Shown here: positions 29,157-39,004 of the stretch, piece after piece
How positions within the stretch are numbered: position 1 is the stretch's first letter
How the letters are laid out: every line of letters begins with the position of its first letter
Source: Cyclobacteriaceae bacterium
GTDB taxonomy: Bacteria; Bacteroidota; Bacteroidia; Cytophagales; Cyclobacteriaceae
NCBI GenBank assembly: GCA_044229915.1
Contig: JBGASB010000010.1
Coordinates: 11,567 to 75,566 of the forward strand
Reading direction: 5' to 3'
DNA: 64,000 bases
The notes under the pieces: model-generated
What the model was told of the DNA's origin: nothing
The model's database searches: none
The model's input: only the letters and a program-made list of their open reading frames with translations
Translations under genes and position numbers: made by a program

Positions 29157-29176
29157 CTGGGATCTTGAGAATGGGT

Positions 29177-29938
29177 CTAGTTGAGTTTGGCTTTTTCGAA
29201 GAACTTTTTCTTCACTTCGCTTTCGAGGGCCAGGGCTTTAGGGAATAAGATCTCATTTTCAACCTGGGCATGCACTTTCAAACTCTTTTCAAATTGAATC
29301 AACTCGTTGTAGATAACCTTTACATGTAAGGGCGCATCGGTGGCGAGGTAATAGTCCTTTGTGATTTTTCGGATTCCGCGCATCTCCTCATCGTGGGCTT
29401 CGTGTTCCAGGGCACATTTTTGAAGGGAGTGCTTCTCCATCAACTTATAAAGTTCAGAAGGATTGAAATGCCCGCGCCCGGCACGTTCCAAAATTCTGAT
29501 GTATTTGAAGAGGGTATCTTCCTCCTCATAAATGTGATGAATGAAGTCTTCGATAAATAAGGGAAACAATGTCTTAAGGTCTTTTTCGACCAGATCATAT
29601 TCGACATGATTCGCTTTGAAACTTTCGACAAGCCTGCCGATATAAGGCAGCTTGTGTTTTACAAATAAATAATGAGTGTGTTTAAGATACTCTATAATCA
29701 GATCTATAGGATAACTGATCAGGGGCAGGTCCGATTCCTGAAAATTCTCGTTGGGCGCCTCTAATTCACGAACTACAATATCAACACTCAAACCTTTTTC
29801 TTCACAAACTTGTTCGAGAGTTTGTTCGGAGTACTCGTAAAATTTAATGCCAAAATAGAACAATACGTGAGCCCGTATCTTGTCCTGATCCACCAACTCC
29901 CCTATTCTCCGGCTTTTTAAGGCTATTTTTTCCATCAA
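29177..29938 (-). CDS. hemerythrin-like di-iron protein, RIC/YtfE (ScdA)-like
   Basis: Collinear with YtfE by eye: ScdA_N-like N-terminus (IGELV...QTLEQVCEEKGLSVD), then HHIYEEEDTLFKYI, LEHEAHDEE and HAQVENEILFPKAL matching hemerythrin His/Glu positions. Confidence 0.6.
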   Translation of the reverse strand: MMEKIALKSRRIGELVDQDKIRAHVLFYFGIKFYEYSEQTLEQVCEEKGLSVDIVVRELEAPNENFQESDLPLISYPIDLIIEYLKHTHYLFVKHKLPYIGRLVESFKANHVEYDLVEKDLKTLFPLFIEDFIHHIYEEEDTLFKYIRILERAGRGHFNPSELYKLMEKHSLQKCALEHEAHDEEMRGIRKITKDYYLATDAPLHVKVIYNELIQFEKSLKVHAQVENEILFPKALALESEVKKKFFEKAKLN

Positions 29939-30033
29939 TCTGGTAAATATAGTAAACTCAATTTTAGCTAATTTCTAACCTTAACAATTAATTTGGAAGT
30001 CCGTTTAAAGAACTAGTATCGCAACGAAATATT

Positions 30034-31659
30034 ATGGAGGAGCAGAAAAATACATCGTACCAGATCAGTTTACCGCTTATTTTATGCATCGGGCTTGCAG
30101 CCGGAGTGTTGATTGGAGCCAGCCTGACCAATAAAACGGGCTCAGGCGATATCAGCAACGATGTACAAAAGTTCAGAGAAGTATTAAGCCTCGTAAAGAA
30201 TGAATACGTAGATGAAGCCAAAACGGAAGTGCTGGTTGAGGATGCTATCGAACATATGCTGGGTAAGTTAGATCCACATTCCTCTTACTTATCTGCCAAA
30301 GATCAGGTGGCGGCTAATGAGGACCTTCGCGGAAATTTTGAAGGTATTGGCATTGAATATAATATTTTTCATGACACCCTGGTGGTAGTGGCTCCCCTTA
30401 GTGGCGGACCCTCGGAATCCGTTGGATTGCAGTCTGGCGACAAAATCGTTAAAGTGAATGATATAAATATTGCCAGCATAGGCTTGTCTTATCCCGATGT
30501 ACAGAAGCATCTCAAAGGCCCGAAGGGGACGGAAGTAAAAATTGAAGTGATCAGAAAAAATGTAAAGGAGCCAATCACATTCACCATCATTCGTGACAAA
30601 ATTCCACAGTTTTCAGTTGATGCTTCGTACCTCGTTACACCGGATATAGGATACATTAAAGTAAATCGCTTCTCACAAACAACCTACGAGGAAGTAAAAG
30701 AAGCTGTGAGCAAGCTCAAAAAAGAAGGTATGACAAAACTTATTCTGGATCTGCAAGGAAATCCGGGTGGATATATGGACCAGGCCGTTGGGATTGCTGA
30801 TGAATTTTTAGCAAAAGGAGAAAAAATAGTTTTCACTAAAGGCCAGGAAACCAAATACAATGAAGATCATTTTGCTACCGATCAGGGAGACTTTGAACAG
30901 GGGGATCTTATTGTACTGGTAAACGAAAGCAGCGCCTCGGCCTCAGAAATTGTTGCCGGTGCTTTACAGGATAATGACAGGGCCTTGATTGTTGGCCGGA
31001 GGTCGTATGGAAAAGGATTGGTACAGCGCCCATTTAGCTTGAATGATGGATCAGAAGTAAGATTAACAATTTCACGGTATTATACCCCCAGCGGCCGCTC
31101 CATTCAAAAACCGTATGATGATCTGGATGAATATGATAAAGATATTTCCAAGCGCTATAAACATGGTGAGTTTTTCTCTGCTGATAGCATTCGGTTTAAT
31201 GACTCCCTAAAGTATGAAACTCAAAGCGGAAGGTCAGTATTCGGTGGTGGCGGCATTATGCCTGACTATTTTGTTGCGCTGGACACAACTTCCAGCAGTA
31301 AATACTTCAACGAACTTTTCAATGCCAACATCTTAAGAGAATATGCCTTTACATTTGCTGAGCAAAATGAATCTCAATTGAAAGAAAAGGGATATAAGGC
31401 ATACTTACAAAAATTCGAGGTCAATGATGCCATGTTAAGCCGGGTCGTTGTTATGGGCATCAAAAATAAAATTGAGCCGCGCCCCAATGATCTAGCTAAA
31501 AACAAGCGGCTCTTTCAGGTGTACCTGAAAGCTGAGATTGCACGCAACGTTTGGGATAACCAAAGCTTTTATCCAATCATCAACGAAACGAACGAAGTGC
31601 TTCAACAAGCCATCAAACTCTTCGACCGGATTCCGGAATTAAATAGAAGCAAAATGTAG
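30034..31659 (+). CDS. S41 family C-terminal processing peptidase
   Basis: N-terminal TM segment, PDZ domain (GLQSGDKIVKVND), Ser-Lys dyad context NESSASASEIVAGALQD and YGKGLVQ. Confidence 0.9.
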   Translation: MEEQKNTSYQISLPLILCIGLAAGVLIGASLTNKTGSGDISNDVQKFREVLSLVKNEYVDEAKTEVLVEDAIEHMLGKLDPHSSYLSAKDQVAANEDLRGNFEGIGIEYNIFHDTLVVVAPLSGGPSESVGLQSGDKIVKVNDINIASIGLSYPDVQKHLKGPKGTEVKIEVIRKNVKEPITFTIIRDKIPQFSVDASYLVTPDIGYIKVNRFSQTTYEEVKEAVSKLKKEGMTKLILDLQGNPGGYMDQAVGIADEFLAKGEKIVFTKGQETKYNEDHFATDQGDFEQGDLIVLVNESSASASEIVAGALQDNDRALIVGRRSYGKGLVQRPFSLNDGSEVRLTISRYYTPSGRSIQKPYDDLDEYDKDISKRYKHGEFFSADSIRFNDSLKYETQSGRSVFGGGGIMPDYFVALDTTSSSKYFNELFNANILREYAFTFAEQNESQLKEKGYKAYLQKFEVNDAMLSRVVVMGIKNKIEPRPNDLAKNKRLFQVYLKAEIARNVWDNQSFYPIINETNEVLQQAIKLFDRIPELNRSKM

Positions 31660-31763
31660 GCTTCGACATTAACAAATTCAGGAACTCACCTCCGGTTTTA
31701 TTAAAAGAGGTGAGTTCTTTTTTTGTACCTTCACCGTACAAATTTTCAGTCAACTCACACACT

Positions 31764-32957
31764 ATGTACTACCACCGCCTTGGAAATATTCCACACAAAC
31801 GACATACCCAATTCAGGCAGCCCGATGGCAGTTTGTATAAAGAAGAACTGGTAAGCTCTGAAGGGTTTTCAGGAATCTATTCAAACCTCTATCATATTAA
31901 TCCACCAACGCGAATCAAATCTCTGAAAGATCCTGTTAAGTATGGACCTAAACTGATTCAGGAATACGCGTTGCGGCAAACTCATTTGAATACTTCAAAA
32001 GTTACGACCACCGGGGATGATTATCTGACGGCCCGTAAAGTTTTGTTGGCAAATAGTGACTGCTCCATTTCAATCTGCTCTCCGGTTAAAAGAAAAATGG
32101 ACTACTTCTATAAAAATGCCGAGGGCGATGAAGTGATTTTTATCCATGATGGCAAGGGCGTGTTGCTATCTCAATTTGGTAAACTGCAGGTCAGGCAAGG
32201 CGACTATGTGGTAATTCCGCGCACGATAATTTACAAACTGGAGTTTGAGGAAGGACCTCTTCGGCTATTGATTGTGGAGGCAGCTTCACCGATCGAGACG
32301 GTGAAACGCTATCGCAACGAACTTGGACAACTGGGAGAGCACTCTCCTTATTGCGAACGCGACATTCGTCCGCCTCATGAGTTAATAACGGACACCAGCA
32401 AGGGTGAGTTTCTGATGAAGATAAAAAAGCAAGGCTATCTCCATCAGTATGTGTACGATTACAGCCCTTTGGATTTAGTAGGTTGGGATGGGTTTTTGTG
32501 GCCCTATGCTTTTTCTATTCACGACTTTGAACCCATCACCGGGCGCATTCACCAGCCGCCACCTGTACACCAGACTTTTCAGGCGCATAATTTTGTGATC
32601 TGCTCGTTTGTTCCACGTCTGTTTGATTATCATCCTCAGGCAATACCAGCCCCTTACAATCACAGTAATATCGACAGTGATGAAGTGCTCTATTATGCTG
32701 AAGGAAATTTCATGAGTCGCAGGGGTATTGAGCGCGGTTCGTTCACGTTACACCCAGGTGGATTGCCGCATGGGCCACACCCTGGCACGGTAGAAAAAAG
32801 TATTGGCGCAAAAGAAACTCATGAGTTAGCCGTGATGATTGATACATTCAGGCCGTTGTACATTACGGAAGACTCATTAGAGTTTCTTGATAAAAATTAT
32901 CCTATGAGCTGGACTGATAATTCAGAAGGGGGATTTCACGAGGTTAATACACCATAG
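31764..32957 (+). CDS. hmgA: homogentisate 1,2-dioxygenase
   Basis: MYYHRLGNIPHKRHTQFRQPDGSLY start at the ATG at 31764. The cupin region with HSNIDSDEVLYY...LHPGGLPHGPHPG is typical of Bacteroidota HGD. Confidence 0.88.
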   Translation: MYYHRLGNIPHKRHTQFRQPDGSLYKEELVSSEGFSGIYSNLYHINPPTRIKSLKDPVKYGPKLIQEYALRQTHLNTSKVTTTGDDYLTARKVLLANSDCSISICSPVKRKMDYFYKNAEGDEVIFIHDGKGVLLSQFGKLQVRQGDYVVIPRTIIYKLEFEEGPLRLLIVEAASPIETVKRYRNELGQLGEHSPYCERDIRPPHELITDTSKGEFLMKIKKQGYLHQYVYDYSPLDLVGWDGFLWPYAFSIHDFEPITGRIHQPPPVHQTFQAHNFVICSFVPRLFDYHPQAIPAPYNHSNIDSDEVLYYAEGNFMSRRGIERGSFTLHPGGLPHGPHPGTVEKSIGAKETHELAVMIDTFRPLYITEDSLEFLDKNYPMSWTDNSEGGFHEVNTP

Positions 32958-32992
32958 TTAGTAAAATTAGGTCTAGGTACTTATAAGAAGGT

Positions 32993-33784
32993 ATGAAATT
33001 CTCTTTTATCGTTTTGTTAACTTTTATTTTTTTAAAAAGCTGGTCACAAGAAATAAAATATAGCATTGAATATTTTGATGCCAATGGGCGACTAGTTAAA
33101 TCCAAAAGCGAATCCAAATATTATCGAAAAATTGAAAAAAAAGGTGAGAGATTTATTGTGAGAGATTTCTTTTCGGAGAATGATATCCTTCAGATGGAAG
33201 GTGAATGCAGCGCTATTAGACCTGGACCAATCTTCGATGGGCTTGTGAAATATTTTAAAAAGAATGGTAATCCCTCAGAAACATATATTCAAAATGGAAA
33301 TGAATTAAAGTACATACAATATTGGTCGAGAACTGGAGCTCCGATACTTACAAATGGTTCAGGCATATTAGAAGAGTCTGATGAATTCAATAATATAGCT
33401 CATTTTGAATTTAAAGACTCTGCAAAATATTTAGTTTATACCATTAGGGGTTCGCAAAAAGATACGATCTTTTCAAAGACTCCAGAACCCGCTGAGTTTC
33501 CGGGGGGTATGAAAGACTTTTACGAAAAGATAGAAAGTAGTCTAAATTATCCAACGAGCGCTAAGAAAAAAAAGATTGAAGGCACTGTATATATTGGGTT
33601 TGTAATTAATAAGCAAGGTGAGTTGATAGACATTGAAATTGTTAAAGGAACTGGTTCAAGTTGTGATATAGAAGCTCAAAACTGTATAAAGAATATTAGA
33701 GAAATCTGGCGTCCAGCAAAGTATCAGGGGAATCCTGTCAAAACGGTGATGGTGATTCCTATCGCATTCAAATTAGGTCTTTAG
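32993..33784 (+). CDS. secreted protein with C-terminal TonB_C-like domain
   Basis: Signal peptide. The C-terminus PAEFPGGMKDFYEKIESSLNYPTSAKKKKIEGTVYIGFVINKQGELIDIEIVKG...PVK is a TonB C-terminal-type fold. The gene is markedly AT-rich. Confidence 0.7.
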   Translation: MKFSFIVLLTFIFLKSWSQEIKYSIEYFDANGRLVKSKSESKYYRKIEKKGERFIVRDFFSENDILQMEGECSAIRPGPIFDGLVKYFKKNGNPSETYIQNGNELKYIQYWSRTGAPILTNGSGILEESDEFNNIAHFEFKDSAKYLVYTIRGSQKDTIFSKTPEPAEFPGGMKDFYEKIESSLNYPTSAKKKKIEGTVYIGFVINKQGELIDIEIVKGTGSSCDIEAQNCIKNIREIWRPAKYQGNPVKTVMVIPIAFKLGL

Positions 33785-33809
33785 TAGAAATAAAATAACT
33801 TATAAAATC

Positions 33810-34520
33810 ATGAAGCATATAATCATTCTTATACTTATGTTGAGCTACACAAGTGTTTTTGCTCAAAATACCGACCTCAACGGTGCCTGGCAAAGCGGGC
33901 CGGACGAGAACCGTTCCGTTATGATTGTGGCTGATAAGTTTTTTTCGGTTGCCATCTATAATGTAAAAGACAAAACCTATACTGGCACGTATGGTGGAAC
34001 CTGGCGTTTAGAAAAAGGTCAGTTCATAGAAATTCATGAGTTCAATACCCTGAAACCAGAACTGATCGGCACTGAACAAAAAACCCCTGTGAAAACTCAA
34101 AAAGACAAATTAAGCTTTAAAGATGGTGCTGAGTTTTCGCGAATTGACAATGGTACTCCGGGGGCGCTATCCGGAGCATGGTTAATCACCGGTCGTATGG
34201 GTGAGGATGGCACTATCCAAAAAAGAACACCCGGTGCGCGTAAAACCATGAAAATATTATCGGGCACTCGCTTTCAATGGATTGCATACAACAATGAAAC
34301 AAAAGAGTTCTTTGGCACCGGAGGTGGCACGTACACAACGGTTGATGGCAAATACACCGAAACTATAGAAGTATTCTCACGGGACAATAGTCGGGTTGGT
34401 GCAAAGCTCGAATTTGATTTTTCATTGATTGAAGATGGCGATTGGCGACACCGCGGTAAAAGCAGCAAGGGCGACCTCATCGATGAAATCTGGTCCAAAC
34501 GCGAGAAGATCGGAATCTAG
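33810..34520 (+). CDS. secreted hypothetical protein with internal duplication (lipocalin-like repeats)
   Basis: Signal peptide. Two similar halves: LNGAWQSG...YTGTYGGTWRLEKGQFIE and LSGAWLITG...FFGTGGGTYTTVDGKYTE. Confidence 0.55.
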   Translation: MKHIIILILMLSYTSVFAQNTDLNGAWQSGPDENRSVMIVADKFFSVAIYNVKDKTYTGTYGGTWRLEKGQFIEIHEFNTLKPELIGTEQKTPVKTQKDKLSFKDGAEFSRIDNGTPGALSGAWLITGRMGEDGTIQKRTPGARKTMKILSGTRFQWIAYNNETKEFFGTGGGTYTTVDGKYTETIEVFSRDNSRVGAKLEFDFSLIEDGDWRHRGKSSKGDLIDEIWSKREKIGI

Positions 34521-34539
34521 CCGGTAGCAATACAATTTG

Positions 34540-34992
34540 ATGAAAAAATTTTCATTGCCCATACAGGTGCGCTGGTCAGATATTGATCAAAACCGGCATC
34601 TGCGACATTCAGCCTATTATGATTATGGCGCCACAGTGCGCATTGACTGCTTCTCAAAACACGGCCTTACCAATCTTAAGTTTGAAGAACTTCGCATCGG
34701 CCCGATTCTGTTTCGTGAAGAGGCTATCTTCAAGCGCGAAATAAAATTCGAGGACAAGATTACGGTTGATCTTTTGGTAACCAAATCCACATCCGATTTC
34801 AGTCGCTGGAGTGTTCGTCACCATTTCTACAAAGAAGACGGCACCCTGTCTGCTATTATTAATCTGGATGGCGCGTGGATTGATGTATTAAAACGCAAAC
34901 TGGCTGTGCCTGACGAGTTTATTCAAAAGGTGTTTGACGACTTTCCTAAGTCTCAGGATTTCGAGCTGATCTCCATTAACAAAAAACCATAA
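34540..34992 (+). CDS. acyl-CoA thioesterase (4HBT/hotdog fold)
   Basis: IQVRWSDIDQNRHLRHSAY is typical of the 4HBT family. ATG at 34540 lies one codon after the TTG of the ORF track. Confidence 0.75.
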   Translation: MKKFSLPIQVRWSDIDQNRHLRHSAYYDYGATVRIDCFSKHGLTNLKFEELRIGPILFREEAIFKREIKFEDKITVDLLVTKSTSDFSRWSVRHHFYKEDGTLSAIINLDGAWIDVLKRKLAVPDEFIQKVFDDFPKSQDFELISINKKP

Positions 34993-35000
34993 CGGCACCG

Positions 35001-35579
35001 TTATGGCTGGTTTACCCAACGCTCAATTACCCGTGGGTAGTGCGCGTGTTCCAGCCGTTGCACCTGCTCGGCAATTTGTTGTGCCGAATACGTAGGATGA
35101 ATCGGGCACTTTCCTTGAAACAAAATTCTTCCTTCATCATAGTGTTCATCTATCTCATGAATGGTTATCCCGGTTTCAGTCTCCCCTGCAGCTTTCACCG
35201 TTTCGTGTACTTTTGCTCCATACATTCCCTTGCCGCCATATTTGGGTAGTAAGGCCGGATGAATGTTGATAATGCGATGTGGATATGCATGAATCAGATT
35301 TTGGGGGATCAACCAAAGAAAACCTGCCAGCACAACATGGGTTACCTGAGCCTCTTTTAACCATTGAACTACTTCATCGCTTTCGCGGAATTGTTGTCTG
35401 GTAAAAACTCTTGACGGTATATTGAATTTATTGGCGCGTTGTAATCCAAAGGCTTCCGGGTTGTTGCTCAACACCAACACTACCTGAATAGATGAATGAT
35501 TCTTGAAGTAAGAAAATATAGCTTCTGCATTCGATCCGTTACCTGAAAGAAATACAGCCAGCCGGGCGGGTTGAGTCAT
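35001..35579 (-). CDS. purN: phosphoribosylglycinamide formyltransferase
   Basis: LAVFLSGNGSNAEAI and NIHPALLPKYGGKGMYG motifs. Confidence 0.9.
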   Translation of the reverse strand: MTQPARLAVFLSGNGSNAEAIFSYFKNHSSIQVVLVLSNNPEAFGLQRANKFNIPSRVFTRQQFRESDEVVQWLKEAQVTHVVLAGFLWLIPQNLIHAYPHRIINIHPALLPKYGGKGMYGAKVHETVKAAGETETGITIHEIDEHYDEGRILFQGKCPIHPTYSAQQIAEQVQRLEHAHYPRVIERWVNQP

Positions 35580-35596
35580 GGGAGCAAAGAAAGGAA

Positions 35597-36451
35597 TTAA
35601 ATGAATACCATGCTTGCAACCCCAAACAACATGATGATTTTACACCATTGGCTTAACCAGTAAAAATCCTTTCGGGTGTCGGCCCGGAACAACCTCACCA
35701 AAAGTAAGCCGAGCGGAATAAAGAGAAAAATCAAAAAATATGAAAGCGGCAATTGCGAATATCTTTCATTGAGTAAAACAACTGAAGCTCCTAACAAAAT
35801 GAGAAAGAAGTAGATGATCCACTTCGTCTTCCGGATTCCCCACACAATGGGCAGGGTTTTGCATCCAAACGTATTGTCGCCCTTCAAGTCTTCCATGTCT
35901 TTAACGATTTCACGGATTAGAGTCATGAAAAACGCAAACAACGCATAGATAACAACGAGCGGATTGTTCAGATCATAGAGAATATTTACCAGCACAATCG
36001 ATATACTCGTAAGCCAGGCAACCACAAAATTACCAATGAAAGGCTGGCGTTTGAGACTGTTGGAATACCACCAAAGTAAAAACACAGAAAGAAAATGAAT
36101 CACGCCTACTTTCCAGCCAAGCAAAAAACCAAGAGCAACTCCGACTATAGAAAGTACACTATGGAAAAACAATGCATATCTGCGGGTGATACTTTTGCCA
36201 ATTACCACACGCTCTGGCTTATTAATCAGATCGATTTTTATGTCGTAATAATCGTTGATGATATAGCCAGCCCCTGCGATGATTGCTGTAGAAGATGACA
36301 GGAGAAATAATCTCCAGTCAAAAAGCAATTCGCGATCAATCAGAAAGATAGCAGCAAAGTATTGCGACAAACCAATGATCACGAGGTTCCAAAACCGGGT
36401 AAGGCGCAGCAGTGCCCGAATGGTAAAAGGCTGGTAACTTTCTTTAGGCAT
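35597..36451 (-). CDS. UbiA family prenyltransferase
   Basis: Polytopic membrane protein with NDYYDIKID (NDxxDxxxD) and a second Asp-rich region (KDMEDLKGD). Confidence 0.8.
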   Translation of the reverse strand: MPKESYQPFTIRALLRLTRFWNLVIIGLSQYFAAIFLIDRELLFDWRLFLLSSSTAIIAGAGYIINDYYDIKIDLINKPERVVIGKSITRRYALFFHSVLSIVGVALGFLLGWKVGVIHFLSVFLLWWYSNSLKRQPFIGNFVVAWLTSISIVLVNILYDLNNPLVVIYALFAFFMTLIREIVKDMEDLKGDNTFGCKTLPIVWGIRKTKWIIYFFLILLGASVVLLNERYSQLPLSYFLIFLFIPLGLLLVRLFRADTRKDFYWLSQWCKIIMLFGVASMVFI

Positions 36452-36502
36452 TAGTACAAAGGTAATTAGATACTTGAAACTGCTGGTCGAAAGAGTCCAA
36501 CA

Positions 36503-38950
36503 TCAAAACCTCAACGCCACCATCAGTAAGTAATTTCGACCCGCCTGGGGATAATAGAAGTTCTGGCGATATTCGGTAGCGCCACCCAGATAACCATAAG
36601 TATAGCCATTTGAGGAGTACAGCGTGTAGAAAATGTTGTTTGCCAGTAAGCTCAAGGAAAGCTCTCTCATAAAGGAGGGCCTCACACTATACGTCAGTCG
36701 CAGATCGTTCGTAAAATAAGAATCAATACTTCGGTTGGCATTCGAGGTATTGTCCAGATACTGCTTACCTACGTACTTGGTGAGTAAACCCACTTCTACA
36801 TTTTTAATAGGAACGTAGAATAGTCCAGACCCTGCAACTACATTAGGTGAAAATGAAATATCAGAATTCGTGTACGTGGTAACTACTTCGGTATACTCAT
36901 CAAAGTTGGTTCCGTAATCATACATCACTTCATTAAAACTCCTGATTTTATTCTGACTCAAGGTTAAGTTAGCATTCCACGAAATTCTGGAGCCCAGCCG
37001 GATTGAACCTTCCACCTCCACCCCGGTGCGATAACTGTCGTCTACATTAGTCCGGACAATCGCACCTACATCATTCAACTCTCCGGTGGGTACTAATTGG
37101 TTTTTGTAATTCATCAGGTAGTAGTTGAGATTCAAAACCAGGTTATTCTTTCTGTATCGCCATCCTGCTTCCACATTCCGCAATGTCTCCGGTCTTGGAG
37201 CAGTTCCTGCAGGGGCATCAATAAAATCATCCCGCACGGGTTCCCGGTTACCAACTGCGTAAGAAGCATACCATTGTTGTTGGCCAGATGCTTCATAGGT
37301 TAATCCCACCTTGGGATTGAAGAAATTGAATCGTTCATCCACATTGAAATCAAATTGTTTATTTTCCTTACCCGATGCGACATAAGAAATGCGTCTGTAT
37401 TGAAGATCCACGAATCCCGTAATTTTTTCGCTCAGCCGATAATTGTTTTTCCAGTAAACGGTAAAATCATTTTTTTTACCATTATTGAAATAGTATCGAT
37501 AATCTTTCGGCACAGTTGAAACCTGAGCCCATATAATTTGCCCGAAGTGATCTCCATCATATTCGTTAAAGGCACCGCCCAGAATTGAATTCAGCTTTTC
37601 TTTTTCGTAAGCAACTGAATAAGTGACTCCATAAAAATCATTATCAAGCCAGCGTCTGCGCACGATGTCCGTTGATGAAATCGTTTCACCACCAATCACC
37701 ACATCATTTAGTCCGTAGTTTTCGAAATCATCATCATATCGGAATTCTTCGTAAAAGCCGCGGCCATACGTATAATGCAAAGCCGCATTCGCAGTAAGCG
37801 ATTCAGTAAAGCGATGTGAGACGTGAAGCTGATAATGATCCTGAGCATAATTATCAACCTGGTTATTGTAGGTATAAATATTAAATGTGCGTCCCGATGA
37901 CAAGAGATTATTTGTTTGCTCCTGGTTCCAGCCTTCGGAAGCAGCAGTCTCCAGCATGGCGGCCGGATCATTATTCAATCGCGATTCGGGCACACCATAC
38001 CAGCTTTGATAGGTAATCTCTTTGCCACCAAAAACAATTGCCTTGATCATTGTTTTCTTACCATAATATCCGCCAGACAGATAATATGATTTCAAATCAG
38101 AACTTGCCCTGTCGATATACCCATCTGAATTGATTTGAGAAACACGACCATCAAAAACAAATTTGTCGTTTATCAAGCCCGTACCAAAGGATATGGTATG
38201 CCTGCGGGTATTGAATGATCCGAATGAATTAATCAGATCGGCATAGGCCACATCGTTTCGGGTATTGGTTTGCAGGTTTACACTTGCCCCAAAAGCACCA
38301 GCTCCATTGGTCGAGGTACCCACACCCCGCTGCACCTGCACGCTTTGAGTGGACGAAGCAAGATCAGGTGTATTCACCCAAAATACCCCCTGGCTTTCGC
38401 TGTCATTTACCGGAATGCCATTGATGGTCACATTAATCCTTGTTGCATCGCTGCCGCGGATTCGCAATCCGGTATAACCCACTCCAGCACCGGCATCAGA
38501 AGTGGTTACCAGGGATGGAGTCCAGTTCAGGGCGATGGGCAGATCCTGACCAAAGTTTTGTTTTTGTAATGCGAGTTTGTTGAGAGTCGTAAACGTAGTT
38601 GGACTTTTTCCGTCTACGCGCGTGGCCGATACAATTATCTGGTCGGTCACCTTAACATCCTCTTCCAATAAAATGGTAGTCCAGCTTTTTTCATCCGTTG
38701 TAAGAGAAAGATCGTTGGATTTATATCCAACAAAACGAACCTCAGCCTCGTGGCTTCCTTTAGCAAGTTGATTAATCAAAAAATAGCCGCTCTCATCGGT
38801 AATTGAATACCGGCCCGATTCCTTCAGCACCACCGAAGCACCTGCCAGAGGTTCCTTCGTCTGGCTATCCTTCACATAGCCACGAATGACTTGCGCCTGC
38901 CCACTCCACGTCCACACAATCAGTGCAGCCGACATACATAATTTTAACAT
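36503..38950 (-). CDS. TonB-dependent outer-membrane receptor with CarboxypepD_reg N-domain; candidate thiamine/thiamine-precursor transporter
   Basis: Signal peptide from the ATG at 38950 (MLKLCMSAALIVWTWSGQAQV). CarboxypepD_reg-like region (IRGYVKDSQTKEPLAGASVV), plug (GLRIRGS...INGIPVND), and a beta-barrel ending in the C-terminal aromatic LMVALRF. It is preceded by a TPP riboswitch. Confidence 0.9.
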   Translation of the reverse strand: MLKLCMSAALIVWTWSGQAQVIRGYVKDSQTKEPLAGASVVLKESGRYSITDESGYFLINQLAKGSHEAEVRFVGYKSNDLSLTTDEKSWTTILLEEDVKVTDQIIVSATRVDGKSPTTFTTLNKLALQKQNFGQDLPIALNWTPSLVTTSDAGAGVGYTGLRIRGSDATRINVTINGIPVNDSESQGVFWVNTPDLASSTQSVQVQRGVGTSTNGAGAFGASVNLQTNTRNDVAYADLINSFGSFNTRRHTISFGTGLINDKFVFDGRVSQINSDGYIDRASSDLKSYYLSGGYYGKKTMIKAIVFGGKEITYQSWYGVPESRLNNDPAAMLETAASEGWNQEQTNNLLSSGRTFNIYTYNNQVDNYAQDHYQLHVSHRFTESLTANAALHYTYGRGFYEEFRYDDDFENYGLNDVVIGGETISSTDIVRRRWLDNDFYGVTYSVAYEKEKLNSILGGAFNEYDGDHFGQIIWAQVSTVPKDYRYYFNNGKKNDFTVYWKNNYRLSEKITGFVDLQYRRISYVASGKENKQFDFNVDERFNFFNPKVGLTYEASGQQQWYASYAVGNREPVRDDFIDAPAGTAPRPETLRNVEAGWRYRKNNLVLNLNYYLMNYKNQLVPTGELNDVGAIVRTNVDDSYRTGVEVEGSIRLGSRISWNANLTLSQNKIRSFNEVMYDYGTNFDEYTEVVTTYTNSDISFSPNVVAGSGLFYVPIKNVEVGLLTKYVGKQYLDNTSNANRSIDSYFTNDLRLTYSVRPSFMRELSLSLLANNIFYTLYSSNGYTYGYLGGATEYRQNFYYPQAGRNYLLMVALRF

Positions 38951-39004
38951 GTTTACTTTTGGTTTAAACTTGCAGAGCACACAGGGGAATGTGATGCGTA
39001 TGTT

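Noticed and set aside
35597-36451. UbiA prenyltransferase as part of the TPP-riboswitch regulon (same strand, 51 nt downstream of the receptor)
   Set aside because: There is no functional link between this family and thiamine that I can name. The gap leaves room for its own promoter. Co-directionality alone is not evidence.
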